DNA of 64,000 bases from Squalus acanthias (Eukaryota), in NCBI GenBank assembly GCA_030390025.1, contig CM059432.1, forward strand, positions 138,448,001 through 138,512,000. Direction: 5' to 3'. The position numbers and the translations under genes are program-made. The notes under the pieces were generated by a model. That model searched no databases. It had not been told where the DNA came from and was given only the letters and a program-made list of their open reading frames with translations. This document shows, in pieces, positions 47,438 through 60,616 of this stretch (positions are counted from its first letter, which is position 1; each line of letters begins with the position of its first letter).

Positions 47438-47759
47438 TTTATGTCCTACCCCCAATATGTGATTGAGTCCCCAGCTCCCCATCTAATTTCTTTTTAAAAC
47501 ACACAAGTTAAACTTCTTTTGCACCTCAACTTGCATCCAATGCTCCAGTGGTTTCACATGCTTTACACTGCATCACAAATGTTCTCCTACTACAAGTAAG
47601 TTAGCAATTGCCAGCTGAATTCAATAAGCTCAGCTCCTGGTAAAGTCTACACTGTACATGACGGGAGAATTTTCATTCTGCTGCAGCAGAAGACTAATGC
47701 AAGGGTTTGGCTTGGGTCATTTTACTAATTCTTCAGACCATTTCTTCATTATTGCAGCT

Positions 47760-48209
47760 CATCCACCACCTTAAACATTTGCTCTGTCCACCGCACCATG
47801 GCTGCAGTGTGTACCATCTACAAGATGCACTGCAGCAACTCGCCAAACCTTTTTTTTATTCGTTCATGGGATGTGGGCATCGCTGGCAAGGCCAGCATTT
47901 ATTGCCCATCCCCAGTTGCCCTTGAGAAGGTGGTGGTGGTGAGCCACCTTCTTGAACCACTGCAGTCCGTGTGGTGAAGGTACTCCCACAGTGCTGTTAG
48001 GGAGGGAGTTCCAGGATTTTGACCCAGCGACGATGAAGGAACGGCGATATACTTCCACGTCAGGATGGTGTGTGACTTGGAGGGGAACTTGGAGGTGATG
48101 GTGTTCCCATGTGCCTGCTGCCCTTGTCCTTCTAGGTGGAAGAGGTCGCGGGTTTGGGAGGTGCTGCCGAAGAAGCCTTGGCGAGTTGCTGCAGTGCATC
48201 TTGTAGATG
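47760..48209. mobile_element. Second-family LINE fragments in opposite orientations (47760-47846 plus; 47850-48209 minus)
   Basis: Homology to 34500-34959. Confidence 0.8.
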
Positions 48210-49425
48210 AACATAAGAACATAAGAAATAGGAGCAGGTGGAGACCATTTGGCCCTTCGAGCCTGCTCTGCCATTCAATAAGATCATGGCTGATCTTCTA
48301 CCTCAATTCCAGTTTCCTGCACTATCTCCATATTCCCTTAATATCCAAAAATCTATTGATCTCTGTCTTGAATATACTCAACAACTGAGCCTCCACAGCC
48401 CTCTGGGGGAGAGAATTCCAAAGATTCACCACCCTCTGAGTGAAGAAATTTCTCCTCATCTCAGTCCTAAATGGCCGACCCTTTATTCTGAGACTGTGAC
48501 CTCTGGTTCTAGACTCCCCAGCCATGGGAAATATCCTCCCTGCATCTACCCTGTCAAGCCCTGTAAGAATTTTGTACGTTTCAATGAGATCACCTCTCAT
48601 TTTTCTAAACTCTAGAGAATACAGGCCTAGTCTACTCAATCTCTCCTCATAGGATAACCGCACCCCCCCCCCCCCCCCCCCCATCCCAGGTATCAGTCTG
48701 ATGAACCATTGTTGCACTCCCTCAATGGCAAGTATATCCTTCCTTAGGTAAGGAGACCAAAACTGTACACAATACTCTAGGTATGGTCTCACCAGGGCCC
48801 TATATAATTGCAGTAAGACGTCTTTACTCTTATACTCAAATCCTCTTGTAATAAAGGCCAACATACCATTTGCTTTCCTAATTGCTTGCTGTACCTGCAT
48901 GTTAACTTTCAGTGATTCGTGTACAAGGACACTCAGGTCCCTCTGAACAGCAACATTTCCCAATCTCTCACCATTTAAAACATACTCTGCTTTTCTATTT
49001 TTCCTACCAAAGTGGATAAGTTCACATTTCTCCACATTATATTCCATTTGCCTTGTTCTTGCCCACTCACTTAGCCTGTCTATATATCCCCTTGAAGCCT
49101 CCTTGCATCCTCCTCACAACTTACATTCCCACCCTGCTTTGTATCATCAGCAAACTTGGATATATTACATTTGGTCCCCTCATCCAAATCATTGATCTAG
49201 ATTGTGAATAGCTGAGGCCCAAGATCTGATCCTTGCGGTACCCCACTAGTTACAGCCTGCCAACCCGAAAATGAGCCGTTTATTCCTACTCTCTGTTTTC
49301 TGTCTGTTAACAAATGCTCAATCCATGCTAGTATATTACCCCCAATCCCATGAGCCCTAATTGTGTTTAATAACCTCTTGTGTGGCACCTTATCGAATGC
49401 CTTCTGAAAATCCAAATACACCACA
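48210..49425 (-). mobile_element. 5'-truncated CR1 LINE
   Basis: YLDFQKAFDKVPH, SGVPQGS, RPYLEYCVQFWSP, WNSLP, ttatgttc tail. Confidence 0.93.
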
Positions 49426-49629
49426 TAATATTCCCCCACCCGCCCGCTCGTCCCTCCCCCCAGCACCTACGTCACAGGCCTCCTTTCGTCAGGCCTGCAA
49501 TGAGAAACATATCTAACATATTCAAGGCACCAATTAATTCAACATTCCTGTGCAAGAAAATAATTGAATGACTAGCAGATGAGGAAAGTCCACAGAACTT
49601 GTGTAACATGCTGCTGCTTGGTCACGTGA

Positions 49630-49940
49630 CATAGAAACATACAGCACAGAAGGAAGCCATTCGGCCCATCGTGCCTGTGCCGGCTCTTTGGAAGAGTTAT
49701 CCAATCAGTCTTACTCCCCCCTGCTCTTTCCCTGTAGTCCCCTTTGAAAGTTACGATTGAATCTGCTTCCACCACCCTTTCAGGCAGTGCATTCCAGATC
49801 ATAACAACTCGCTGCATTAAAAACTCCTCATCTCCCCTCTGGCTCTTTTGCCAATTACCTCCAATCTGTGTCCTCTGGTTACCGACCCTCCCGCCAGTGG
49901 AAACAGTTTCCTTCTTATTCACTCAAAACCGCTCTTCATG
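49630..49940 (-). mobile_element. CR1 3' fragment
   Basis: QRVVMIWNALPERVVEADSI. Confidence 0.82.
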
Positions 49941-50639
49941 GTGAACTCCTCTCTAGCTGTACAGCAGCACACTTGAGGCTGCAGTTTTATGAAGGGGGGC
50001 CGGGGGGGGGGGAAAGGTATCTCTCTGTGAGACAATATGAATCTCAGGGCAAAATGTGGCTGTGATAGCAGAAGACAACCACCCTTGGGGGAGCAGGGGG
50101 GAGGGGGGGGGGGAAACCCCAGCTGCAGGACAGGACGATAAAAAAAAATCCTGTGGCCTAGCTTGGCAACAGCAACAGGATAAGGAAAATCAGTCGTGGC
50201 AAAAGAAGATTGAGAACTTTATGATAAATTCAACAGTGTTAGAAGCGCAAAATTCGAAGCGCAAAGCAAAGGAATAAGAAAAGGCATAAATATGAAAGGA
50301 TGCATATATTATGATACAAGGAACAACAGATGGGAGGGAGCGTGTTTAATGCTGTAACACCAGCTCAGATGCGCGATGGTTACATAAACTAATTGTGTTA
50401 CTGTCTTATAATCACACAGGCAGCCGTATATTGTTCTCTATCGCTGTAATACCCTTCCACCAGTAACATGACATATATTGTGTATTTACCTCTGTTAAAT
50501 GCCTGTAACATACGTCAGCCCTTCAAACCAGTCTCAGTGTCTACCGCCATGGGGAGAAGGGAGGGGAAGAGGAAGAAAGAGGCGCTCACCACCAAATCAT
50601 TGCAAAATGAATTAAATACATATAATATCTATACATATT

Positions 50640-50943
50640 TAAACCGAGGCCCGGTCTGCCCTCGCAGGTGGACGTAAAAGATCCCACAGCACTATTTCGA
50701 AGAGCAGGGGAGTTCTCCCCAGTCTACTGGCCAATATTTATCCCTCAATCAACATCCCTAAAAAAACAGATTGTCTGGTCATTAATACATTGCTGTTTGT
50801 GGGAGCTTGCTGTGCGCAATTTGGCTGCCGCGTTTCCTACATTACAACAGTGACTACACTTCAAAAAAGTACTTAATTGGCTGTAAAATGCCGTGGGACG
50901 TCCTGAAGTCGTGAAAAGTGCTATATAAATGCAAGTTCTTTCT
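50640..50943 (+). mobile_element. SacSINE1-like, 5'-truncated
   Basis: Deu domain plus tail. Confidence 0.83.
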
Positions 50944-53756
50944 TTTTATATATAAATATATGTATAGTATGTCTTTGTATGCATATATATATATGGGAAC
51001 ATAGGAACATATAGGAATATGTTCCCATGTTCCTATATATATATGTACACATACACACACACACATACATAAATACATACACATACATAAATGCATACAT
51101 ATATTCCACAGATTTTTTTATTTTAGGTAAATAGATACTGCAGCCAGGAAGTGATTTAAAGGTATTATCCATCTAGAGGATGCATCGGACTTGTGAAAGT
51201 TGTTTTGCTCTTACTCCTCCTGCAATGTGGGCCCGTTTATTGCATTACTGCTTCGTACCTGACCATTCATGTTAGGCAAAACAGATGTACACAAAGATTC
51301 AAGTACAGGACGGAAGGCCACTGCCGTGTACAAGACACATTCTGCACTCGAGACACATCTCCAACACAATAAATAATCACAGGAATTTGTCCTTTTTTTT
51401 AAAAGGCAGTCGTAGATCTCAGTGTTTGCAAAGAGGAAATCTATGGCAAGCACTACAACAATGGGGCTTCAGTCCAGGTTTCTGTTTAACTGAAATGTTT
51501 CTCTCACACAGAAAGTTATACTCGATTTTTTTTCGCCCAGTGCGACATTTCAAAATAATTAAAATAAACCCTCCTTTGTTATAAATTCTCTTCAAAAAAA
51601 AACACAGAGTCGGGGGGGGAAATATGTTGCTGTTGAGGATGAGGTTTTAAAAAACACAGTTCACCTGCATGTGATGAGTGACAACTTTTTAGCTCGATTC
51701 AAAGCAAACAGCTGCCGGTTTGATTGCCTAGCAACTAAAACTTGATGGATGACCCTAAAGATGGATAACTACCATAAATCACCTCATTCAGACTCTCAGG
51801 GAAAAAAAGATTAAAAACAATGGTTTTCTCGACATTTGCTTCACTCAGTAATGCGCGTTGATAAATTTGGCTTTCTTTGAGATGCACAGTGGCGGTCGAT
51901 AAAATTAGACACTTTTGTTCAAACCTTCTTGCTGTTTGGAAGTCCCTGGCCCAATTAGGGCGAGCTGCCATAGCTATAGGGTGTGGGTGCATGTTATTAA
52001 AAAGGCAGGAGATTAACAAGTCGCAAGCAAAAAAAAAAAAATTGTCATCTTTGTGAGGAGGAGGATCTTAATTACGAGTGCTTTCGGACAACTAATGTCC
52101 TAGCTGCTTCCTTATTCTGCATCTGTAGCCGTCGTGTATGGGTGTGGGTCCAAGTCCTACCAGCAGAATCTAGAGCTCGAAGTGTAAAAACCTATTTATC
52201 CTTCAGAGTTGACAAGTGCGTTAAGTTACATAAACTGTCAAACTAATTTCCCCCCCCCCACCCCACCACCCCACCCCCCTCATCTTCCTGGGGATAACAT
52301 ATAATCGGGCAATGTTGGCCTGTTCTCTGGCAATGAACAACTCAGGAAATTCATCCATCCATTAAACTTCATGGATCCTCGTTTCCAATTTGTCCCTCCC
52401 CTGACTGCGTCTCAAGTTACAGCCTTGTACAATCTGAGTCTAAATAATATTCACCATGATAAACGACGCCATAACTCTGATATCCACAATCAATCTTTGC
52501 TTTAAAGATACATCTATCTTCAATAACGTTGATCGGGATTCTGTGAAATGGGAAACGTGACTGTGTTCCTGACCTCCTAACAGTGGGGGAAGGAAGCTCT
52601 GACTGATGTCTGCCAGCCCACATCTGGCTGCAAAAATAAATTAACCTTATGAAGACAAATGAAGAGAGAGGCTGCAGCCTCTGAAAGGGCTCCTCAATTA
52701 TAGGGCCAATTGTGAAGCACAGATCTTTCTAAACAGAAGCAGGAGATGCCGTTCCTGCAAGTTCAAATAAAGAAAACACAGGCAATGTTCATTGTACACA
52801 TGACTTTTATCACCCACCCTTTTTGTTTTACGGCTTTTAAGTAATTATTAATATAGGGTAGAATTGAAATTCCTGTAGCTCCTATAATGCCAACAGCATT
52901 TAATGACTACAGCGCTTGTAAAATGTACCGCGTGCATTATAAAAAAATTGAGACATACCACAGATGTCAGTTTTTACTTAGCGGTATCATTTTTCAACAT
53001 TCAACTGGGACGGCACCAAGTCTTTACCCTTGCTTTTATCTCTTTGCAAAAAAAAAATAATGCAACTCAAAGCTCGTGTACGTACTGAGCGATGATATAT
53101 TTTGTGGGGATTTTTGTTTATAAATAACCGGTTTTCTGCTTTGAAGCAATACTGGTGAAAACGCTGAGCGTGGATTTGTAAGTACTGCTGATTACAAGGA
53201 AACCAATGTGGGTTCTTTTTTGGGAGAGTGGGGCGGGGGGTGGGGGGGGGCGGGTGTAGGTTTGGCATCCTATTTCAATTGGATATTTGCAGAGTAGGAG
53301 CATTTATTCACCACACAAAAACTCCTGGAGGAACCCATCCTCGCTGAGACTGAAAATCGGGCATGGTCGGTGAAGCGGATTAAAACAAACCTCAAAGAGG
53401 TATAATGATGACAATAATGTGGTTTTGAAAAAGTAAAACAAAAGAAAACAAGATATTTTAAACAAGCAATCTGTGTAAGGAAGAAATTCAATGAAACTCA
53501 ATACAAGGCAAAAAAAAAAGCCTAGTTTCAGTTTAATGCGCCAGGCGTAAAAATGCAGCACCCACTGAGATTGCATCGCCAATCTCTGCAGATATTCATG
53601 GCTTTTACTCTGAAACAGTGCGCACAATTTCAACTGGCCCATTGTGTAAATGGTAACTATAATGTGTGGCTTTCTGTACCAACACATCTCAAACCCCAGT
53701 CCCAGAGCTGAGGTGGTCATACCCGTGAGCCCTTGATAAGTGCAGAGACTATTTTT

Positions 53757-54095
53757 TCATAGAATCGTACAGCACACAAGGAGGCCATTCGGCCCATCGT
53801 GCCTGTGCCAGCTCTGTGAAAGAACTATCCAATGAGTCCCACTCCCCCTGGCTTTTTCCCCCATAGTCTTGCAATTATTTTCCTTTTCAAGTATATATTC
53901 AATTCCCTTACGAAATTTACTATTGAATCTGCTTCCACCACCTGCTTCAGGGAGTGCATTCCGGATCGTAACAACTCGCTGCGTAAATAAATTTCTCCTC
54001 ATCTCCCCAATTATCTTAAATCTGCGTCCTCTGGTTACTGACCCTCCTGCCAGGAGAAACACTTTCTCCTGATTTACTCCATCAAAGCCCTTCAA
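53757..54095 (-). mobile_element. CR1 3' fragment
   Basis: TRGRRFKII...FTQRVV. Confidence 0.82.
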
Positions 54096-54179
54096 TTTTA
54101 CTCCTTAATGTCTTTCTCTCTGACTTTTTATTTATAAATGCTGATTTCTTTCTCCCACCTCCTCCTCTCCTGAAGATGT

Positions 54180-54530
54180 TGCCTCTTGGATGGTTAAGGT
54201 TCTATTGGCACTGGGCAGCGCCAGTACCTTGCCGAAGGGGCTACTTATTCATGTGTAAAGCCTCTACATGAGCATTGGCATGTGGGGAATCACAGCCTTT
54301 CCTCATCTAGTGTCAACAAGGGTTGCTGGACAACGATGAGCAATGGAAGCCTCAGCTGATTTTCCCCATCCTAACCCAGGACTACTAAGCCCAAATTTAG
54401 TACCCCCTATTACCCCTCCCCCGCCCCCTCCCAGCTGAGATCAGCTCACTCAGCACAGACCAGGATCAGATTGACACCTTTGTGATCTACATGGCTCAGT
54501 TCCCAACTGGATACACTCATTGACTTAACG
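54180..54530 (-). mobile_element. Older SINE-like repeat (related piece near 35320-35450)
   Basis: Shared motif (c)tcagcacagaccagg / tcaacatggaccaggg; degenerate tRNA-like head on the minus strand. Confidence 0.35.
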
Positions 54531-54602
54531 GGAGAACTCTTCCGTGCTTTTTAAAAGGTTGCCCGTGCCATCAAAGAATTCTTTTCCCTCTAGGTGAGTG
54601 GG

Positions 54603-55052
54603 AGCCGTGGCTCAGTGGGTAGCACTCTCACCTCGAAGTCAGAAGGTTGTGGGTTCACGACCCACTCCAGAGACTTGAACACAAATCTAGGCTGTCACTC
54701 CAGTGCAGCACTGGGGGAGTGCCACACCGCTGGAGGTGCTGACCCTCGGATGAGACGCCAAACCGAGGCCCCGTCTGCTCTCCCAGGTGGACACAAAACA
54801 TCCCACAGTGCTACTTCGAAGAAGAGCAGGGGAGTTCTCCCCAGTGTCCTGGCCAATATTTATCCCTCAATCAACATCACTAAAACAGATTATCTGGTCA
54901 TTATCACATTGCTGTTTGTGGGAGCTTACTGTGTGCAAATTGGCTGCCGTGTTTCCTATATTACAACAGTGACTACACTTCAAAGAGTATTTAATTGGCT
55001 GTAAAGCACTTTGGGATGCCGTCAAGGGTGCTATATAAATGCAAGTCTTTCT
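54603..55052 (+). mobile_element. SacSINE1-like Deu-SINE
   Basis: Near full length. Confidence 0.87.
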
Positions 55053-55341
55053 TTTTTTTTGAGTTTTTAGAATATTCACTGCCCCTCTTTTGCCACCTTG
55101 TTTGTGACTTTTATTTTCGACAGTGGTTTTGACCTCCTCTCCTCACTCTCCCTTCTAATCCGAACCGTGTCTGAACCCCCAAATGGTCAAGTACCGCGGA
55201 ACATTTTGCTGTGCTAAAGGCACTATTTCACTGTAAGTTCTTGTTGGGTTAGAACAACCATCAACAGAAAATGTTGCATACTGGATAAGATACAGCGAAA
55301 TTGACTCCGCCATCATTAATAAAGAACTTGCAACTTCCACG

Positions 55342-55500
55342 ACCTCAGGACGTCCCAAAGCGCCTTACAACCAATGAAGTGCTTTTTGAAGTGCGGTCAC
55401 TCTTGTGATGTAGGCAACGCGGCCGCCAATTTGCGCACAGCAAGCTCCCACGAACAGCAATGTGATGCAGTACTGCACTGGGAGTGTCAGCCTGGATTTT
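55342..55500 (-). mobile_element. SacSINE1-like fragment
   Basis: Tail joined to a head-proximal piece. Confidence 0.75.
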
Positions 55501-56387
55501 GTAATCAGATCTTCCTGGAATAGGAACACCAGAGTATGCTGCATCAAAGCAAATAGGCTTTTGGTAACATGCCACTTCGATGATGAATTTTACCGGCATT
55601 CTTATTTATACAGGAGAGTCCCTCTACCGACTCTGAGACAAAAATTAACATTTGTGACAATAGAGGAATGTGTTTATTATTTTTGGTTAACAGAACATCT
55701 CGATCTGGAAGGGAAAACCTCAGTGAGAAAACTCGATATTTCAAGAGGCCTATACTTCTATTTTATATTATAGATATTAGAAAGCAGTATCTGAAAGTGA
55801 GGTCAGGGCTGTAACATATTTGAGGGGGGAAGACGATGCTTATATAAATCCTTTAATATTTATTCTTGCAGCTTAACTCAGGTTTCTTGAGCTGCCAGAC
55901 ATTATTTTCTGTGTCATAAGAGACAGTAGGTAAGATCGAGACTGTAACGCACAGCAAATGAGATGCACAAGTTACAAAAGGGATTAAAGGCATTAAAGAT
56001 AACTGGGTCAAAGGTCAGAGATAATGTATGCACTCGGCCTTATTACACTAATGGGCCCTATTCAGAGGCTTGACGGCTATATAATTAAAGGGCTACTTAA
56101 CACTCTGTTCACGTGATAATGTAATCAAATGCCCATTGTTTATGTTATAAATAGTGCCAGGGTAGGTGTGAAAATATTAAAACAAACATCTGAAATGAAG
56201 TAAATAGGTGCTATCCACGGAGCTTAAACCTAGGGGGAAGCATGTATAACTGTGCTGAAATACGGTAAATGGTCAGATTTTTAAGAGTGTGTGTATATAT
56301 ATCTTTTTCTCAAACAGGCCAAGCTCTGCAGTAATGAATAGCAAACAATTTGGTGCTGGGGAAGGTACATTTGTTATTAAACAACTT

Positions 56388-56774
56388 GGCTCAATTGTCC
56401 GGCGTTCTTGCCTATGGGTCCTAGGATGATGTTTAAACTTAACTCACTCCAGGAGTTAAGCACATAATCTAATCTGCCACTCCAGTGCAATACTGAGGGA
56501 TTGCTGCATTGTCGGAGGTGCTGTTCTCCCGATAAGATGTTAATCCAATGCTTGTCTGCCTGTATTGATGGTTGAGGTGGAAATCAAAGATCCCACAGTA
56601 CTGCTCAATGAAGAGTCAGGATTTCTCCCACTATCGCGGCTATCGATCAATCTCAACCAACACTACTGAAAAAAAGAATGTGCATTTATCTCATTGCCGT
56701 TTGTGGGATCAGTGTGTGTGTGTGCAAAACTGCTGCCACACTGGCCTGCAGAACAGTGACCGCACCTCAATGTA
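56388..56774 (+). mobile_element. Diverged Deu-SINE
   Basis: Degenerate match to the SacSINE1-like copies. Confidence 0.65.
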
Positions 56775-57077
56775 ACGGTGGCATAGTGGTTAGCACTGTT
56801 GCCTCACAGCGCCAGGGACCTGGGTTCGAATCCGGCCTCGGGTGACTGTCTGTGTGGAGTTTGCACATTCTCCCCATGTCTGCGTGGGTTTCCTCCGGGT
56901 GCTCCGGTTTCCTCCCACAGTCCAAAGATGTGCGGGTTAGGTTGATTTGGCTATGATAAATTGACCCTTAGTGTTAGGGGGATTAAATACGTGGGGTTAC
57001 GGGGATAGGGTGGGATATGTGTCGGTGCAGGCTCGATGGGCCGAAATGGCCTCTATCTGCACTGTGGGGATTCTGTA
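56775..57077 (+). mobile_element. HE1 SINE
   Basis: Full head, V domain and tail; TGTAA flanking repeat. Confidence 0.9.
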
Positions 57078-57726
57078 ATTCATTGAACGGGCAGCATTTG
57101 GGGACTTTTCTCAGATGTGATAAGGTGCAATTTAAACAAAAGCTATTCTTTCTTAAATGGCATGATGACAATAAGCAGATTTAATTGTTAATTTTGTGTG
57201 GAATCAAAGGTACATTTTAAAATATATATCTGTCAATCAAATTTATGCTCTGATACATCTACCAATTAAAATATCCTAACATTCAAATGATAAAGCATAG
57301 TACAGTGGCATTTTTTCAATTGTAAAATTAAAAGGGTCTCTACCCAAAACATTAAACTATCTTTCTTTTGTTTAATCTCATTCCTGTTTGTGGGATCCTG
57401 TGTATAAATTGACCAGCACGTTTGGCTACGAAAAAGTGAATATTCCTCATTGGCTGCGAAGCGCTTTGGGACGTCCCGAGGACAGGAAAGACGCTTTAGA
57501 AATACAAATTATTTTCTTTTTAGATAGATTGACATAGCGTGTATTTTCAGTTTTGTTTCAGTTTTCCAACCTTTATGGATTTTTTATCTGTAAACTAACA
57601 ATTTTTCTAAATATCAAAAAAAAAAGTTATATTGTAATTATATCAGAGAAAGAGAGAGAGAAACAGAGCAAGAGAGAGAGAGAGACAGAGCCAGAGAGAC
57701 AAGGACAGAGACAGACAGAGAGAGAA

Positions 57727-58183
57727 AAGAAAGACTTGCATTTATATAGCGCCTTTCACGACCACCGGATGTCTCTTTACAGCCAATGAAGTACTTTTGA
57801 AGTGTAGTCACTGTTGTAATGTAGGAAATGTGGCAGCCAATTTGCACACAGCAAGCTCCCACAAACAGCAATGTGATAATGAGCAGATAATCTGTTTTCA
57901 GTGAGGTTGATTGAGGGATAAATATTGACCAGGACACCGGGGAGAACTCCCCTGCCCCTCCTCAAAATAGTGTCATGTGATCTTTTATGTCCACCTGAGA
58001 GGGCAGACAGGGCCTCGGTTTAACGTCTCATCCAACAGACGGCTCCTCCGACAGTGCAGCACTCCCTCAGTACTGCACTGGGAGTGTCAGCCTAGATATT
58101 TGTGCTCAAGTCCCTGGAGTGGGACTTTGAACCCACAACCTTCTGACTCAGAGGCGAGAGTGCTACCCACTGAGCCACAGCTG
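57727..58183 (-). mobile_element. SacSINE1-like Deu-SINE, full length
   Basis: Complete copy inside a GA-rich tract. Confidence 0.9.
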
Positions 58184-58284
58184 AGAGAGATAGAGAGAAA
58201 AAGAGACAGAGAGAGATACAAAGCAAGAGACAGAGACAGAGCAAGAGAGAGACAGAGACAGACGGAGAGAGAGACAGAGACCAT

Positions 58285-59023
58285 GGGGGCGATTTTGTCA
58301 GCCCTGGGTAGGCGGGTATGGAGGCGGGACTGCTGAGAAATTGGCAGAATCTGGAGGCGGGTACCCGCGCTGGGAGCCACCTCCGCAAGGCGGGAAGGGG
58401 ATTAGTGCCAATTAAGGCAGTTTTTTGGATAATCCCTATTTTGCCACCTAAAGTGTGGGCTTCCCGACAGTTCCGAACTTCGCGTGGGTCTGCGGGGGTC
58501 GGAGGGGCCGAGATGTCTGGTGTGCAGGTGAGTGACGGGTGCATGTGTGCAGAGGTAAGTGTGTGAGGTGAGTCTTAAGTGTTTTAAAAGCTTTACTTAC
58601 CTTTGCTTCTTCCTCCAGGCTTCATCCCTTCAGGTCTCGGGAGTCCCTCATCTCACCGGCAGAGAAAGCAGAATGGCCGCTGCATTCTCAAATGCATCAG
58701 CCTTCTGCTTTCTGCTCAAGAGAGATCTCTCCTGTGTCCCAGGTCTCAACTTAGGAGACAGATTGTCAGTGTTTGACAGCTTCACAGAGCCCTCAAACGA
58801 TGACAATTCATCTGTCAAAAGCTCTTGACAGATGAAACGTCACTCGCTGATGTCATCAGTAACCGGCTTCCCCTTAATTGGCCTGCTGAGCCCGCTGGGC
58901 GGGCTTAACAAGGTCAATCAAGGGAAAATAGTGTAGGTTGGCCGGACGTCGATGGAGGCGGGACTGAAACCCAACAAGCAGCAGTCCCGCCTCCAACGCG
59001 CCCCCATTGACAAAATCACCCCC
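58285..59023. mobile_element. Harbinger-like non-autonomous element
   Basis: TIR GGGGGCGATTTTGTCA / TGACAAAATCACCCCC (15/16); 58845-58930 is homologous to the reverse complement of 45965-46060. Confidence 0.68.
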
Positions 59024-59025
59024 AA

Positions 59026-59554
59026 AGAGAGACTGACAGAGAGAGACAGACAGAGAGAGATAGAGACAGAGAGACAGAGACAGACCAAGAGACAGAGACA
59101 GAGACAGAGAGAAAAAGAGAGAGAGAAACTGACAAAGCAAGAGACAGACAGAGAGAGACAGAGTCAGACAGAGAGACAGACAGAGACGACAGAGAGACAG
59201 ACAGAGAGAGACAGAGTCAGACAGAGAGACAGACAGAGACGACAGAGAGACAGACAGAGAGAGACAGACAGAGAGAGACAGAGACAGACAGAGACAGACA
59301 GAGATAGAGAGACAGAGAGAGACAGAGACAGAGACAGAGACAGAGAGAAAAAGAGAGAGAGAGACTGACAGAGCAAGAGACAGACAGAGAGAGGCAGAGA
59401 GAGACAGACGGACAGAGCAAGAGACAGACAGAGAGACAGACAGAGACGACAGAGAGACAGACAGAGAGAGACAGACAGAGAGAGACAGAGACAGACAGAG
59501 AGATAGACAGAGAGAGACAGAGATAGAGAGACAGAGAGAGACAGAGACAGACCA

Positions 59555-59585
<31 letters not shown>

Positions 59586-59795
59586 AAAAGAGAGAGAGAG
59601 ACTGACAGAGCAAGAGACAGACAGAGAGAGGCAGAGAGAGACAGACGGACAGAGCAAGAGACAGACAGAGAGACAGACAGAGACGACAGAGAGAGACAGA
59701 CAGAGAGAGACAGACAGCGAGAGACAGAGATAGAGAGACAGAGAGAGACAGAGAAAGAAAGAGATAAAAAGAGATAAAAGAGAGAAAGAGAGAGA
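59026..59795 (+). repeat. Compound (GA)n/(GACA)n satellite; related tracts at 57645-57726 and 58184-58280
   Basis: Low-complexity purine-rich tract. Confidence 0.95.
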
Positions 59796-60616
59796 TTCCT
59801 TGATTTACCTGTTATTAAAACTGGAAAGTGTGTGCATGAATACCCAGTGAGGCAGGATGAGGCTCCAGGAATTGAACAGTCTGCCAACACTCACTGCCTA
59901 AACTCACACATTTCCGTCGGCCAGTCAGGGAAGGTTCCAGAGTGTGCCCCCAGTGCCTGTGGAACTGCATCCCTGTGCCTTCAGCAGAGGTGAGAAGTGA
60001 AAAGGTGAAGAAAACCGATGAGGAAGAGCTGTTTTCCGCAGGACTACCTGTTCAGAAGCAGCGTGCTTGTAACCCATGCTAGCGATCCATTCCGTTTTTA
60101 AACTGCGCTAAGTATTGTCAATTTTCTAGCTGAAATCAATTGTGTGTCAAAGCGACTGCCTAATAATGCGTCAGGCCTGTCAATGTCAATCTTACTCCTT
60201 CATTTCTAAATTAATCCTGGAGCCAGGAACAGGCATCGGAAGACTGGTACTCACTGTGCTGGTTCTAAATAAGCGCACTTTGTGTAAATTATCTAGCCTG
60301 CCCTGCCACATTAAAATACGCTTTAAAAGCTACACTTCTTAAATTATGAACCTAAAAGCAGCACATACTTGTTTAACATACACAGCAGCTTTCAACTCAC
60401 TATGGACAGAATGGAATGTTTTGGTGTCATCTCAGTTTTGTTCGGGGGAAGGGGTGGAACAGACTTTTTGGAAGTAATAATTGTCATGTGACTAAGAAAT
60501 CATACCGCTGGCTGGGAATATCCCGACAAACATTTATTGGGCAATAAAAGTAATCTCAGCGACGTAAAACATGCTATTCCTAGAAAATCCAGCCTTCCTG
60601 TTCATATAACTCTCTG

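Noticed and set aside
55275..55316. Minus-strand ATGATGGCG (MMAES...) as an alternative TSHZ first exon
   Set aside because: The nearest GT donor gives phase 2, incompatible with the phase-1 acceptor
56775..56850. tRNA-like sequences with A/B boxes (also at all SINE heads)
   Set aside because: They continue directly into SINE bodies; not tRNA genes
58874..59890. 338-aa Ser/Leu-rich ORF and overlapping ORFs
   Set aside because: Microsatellite translation
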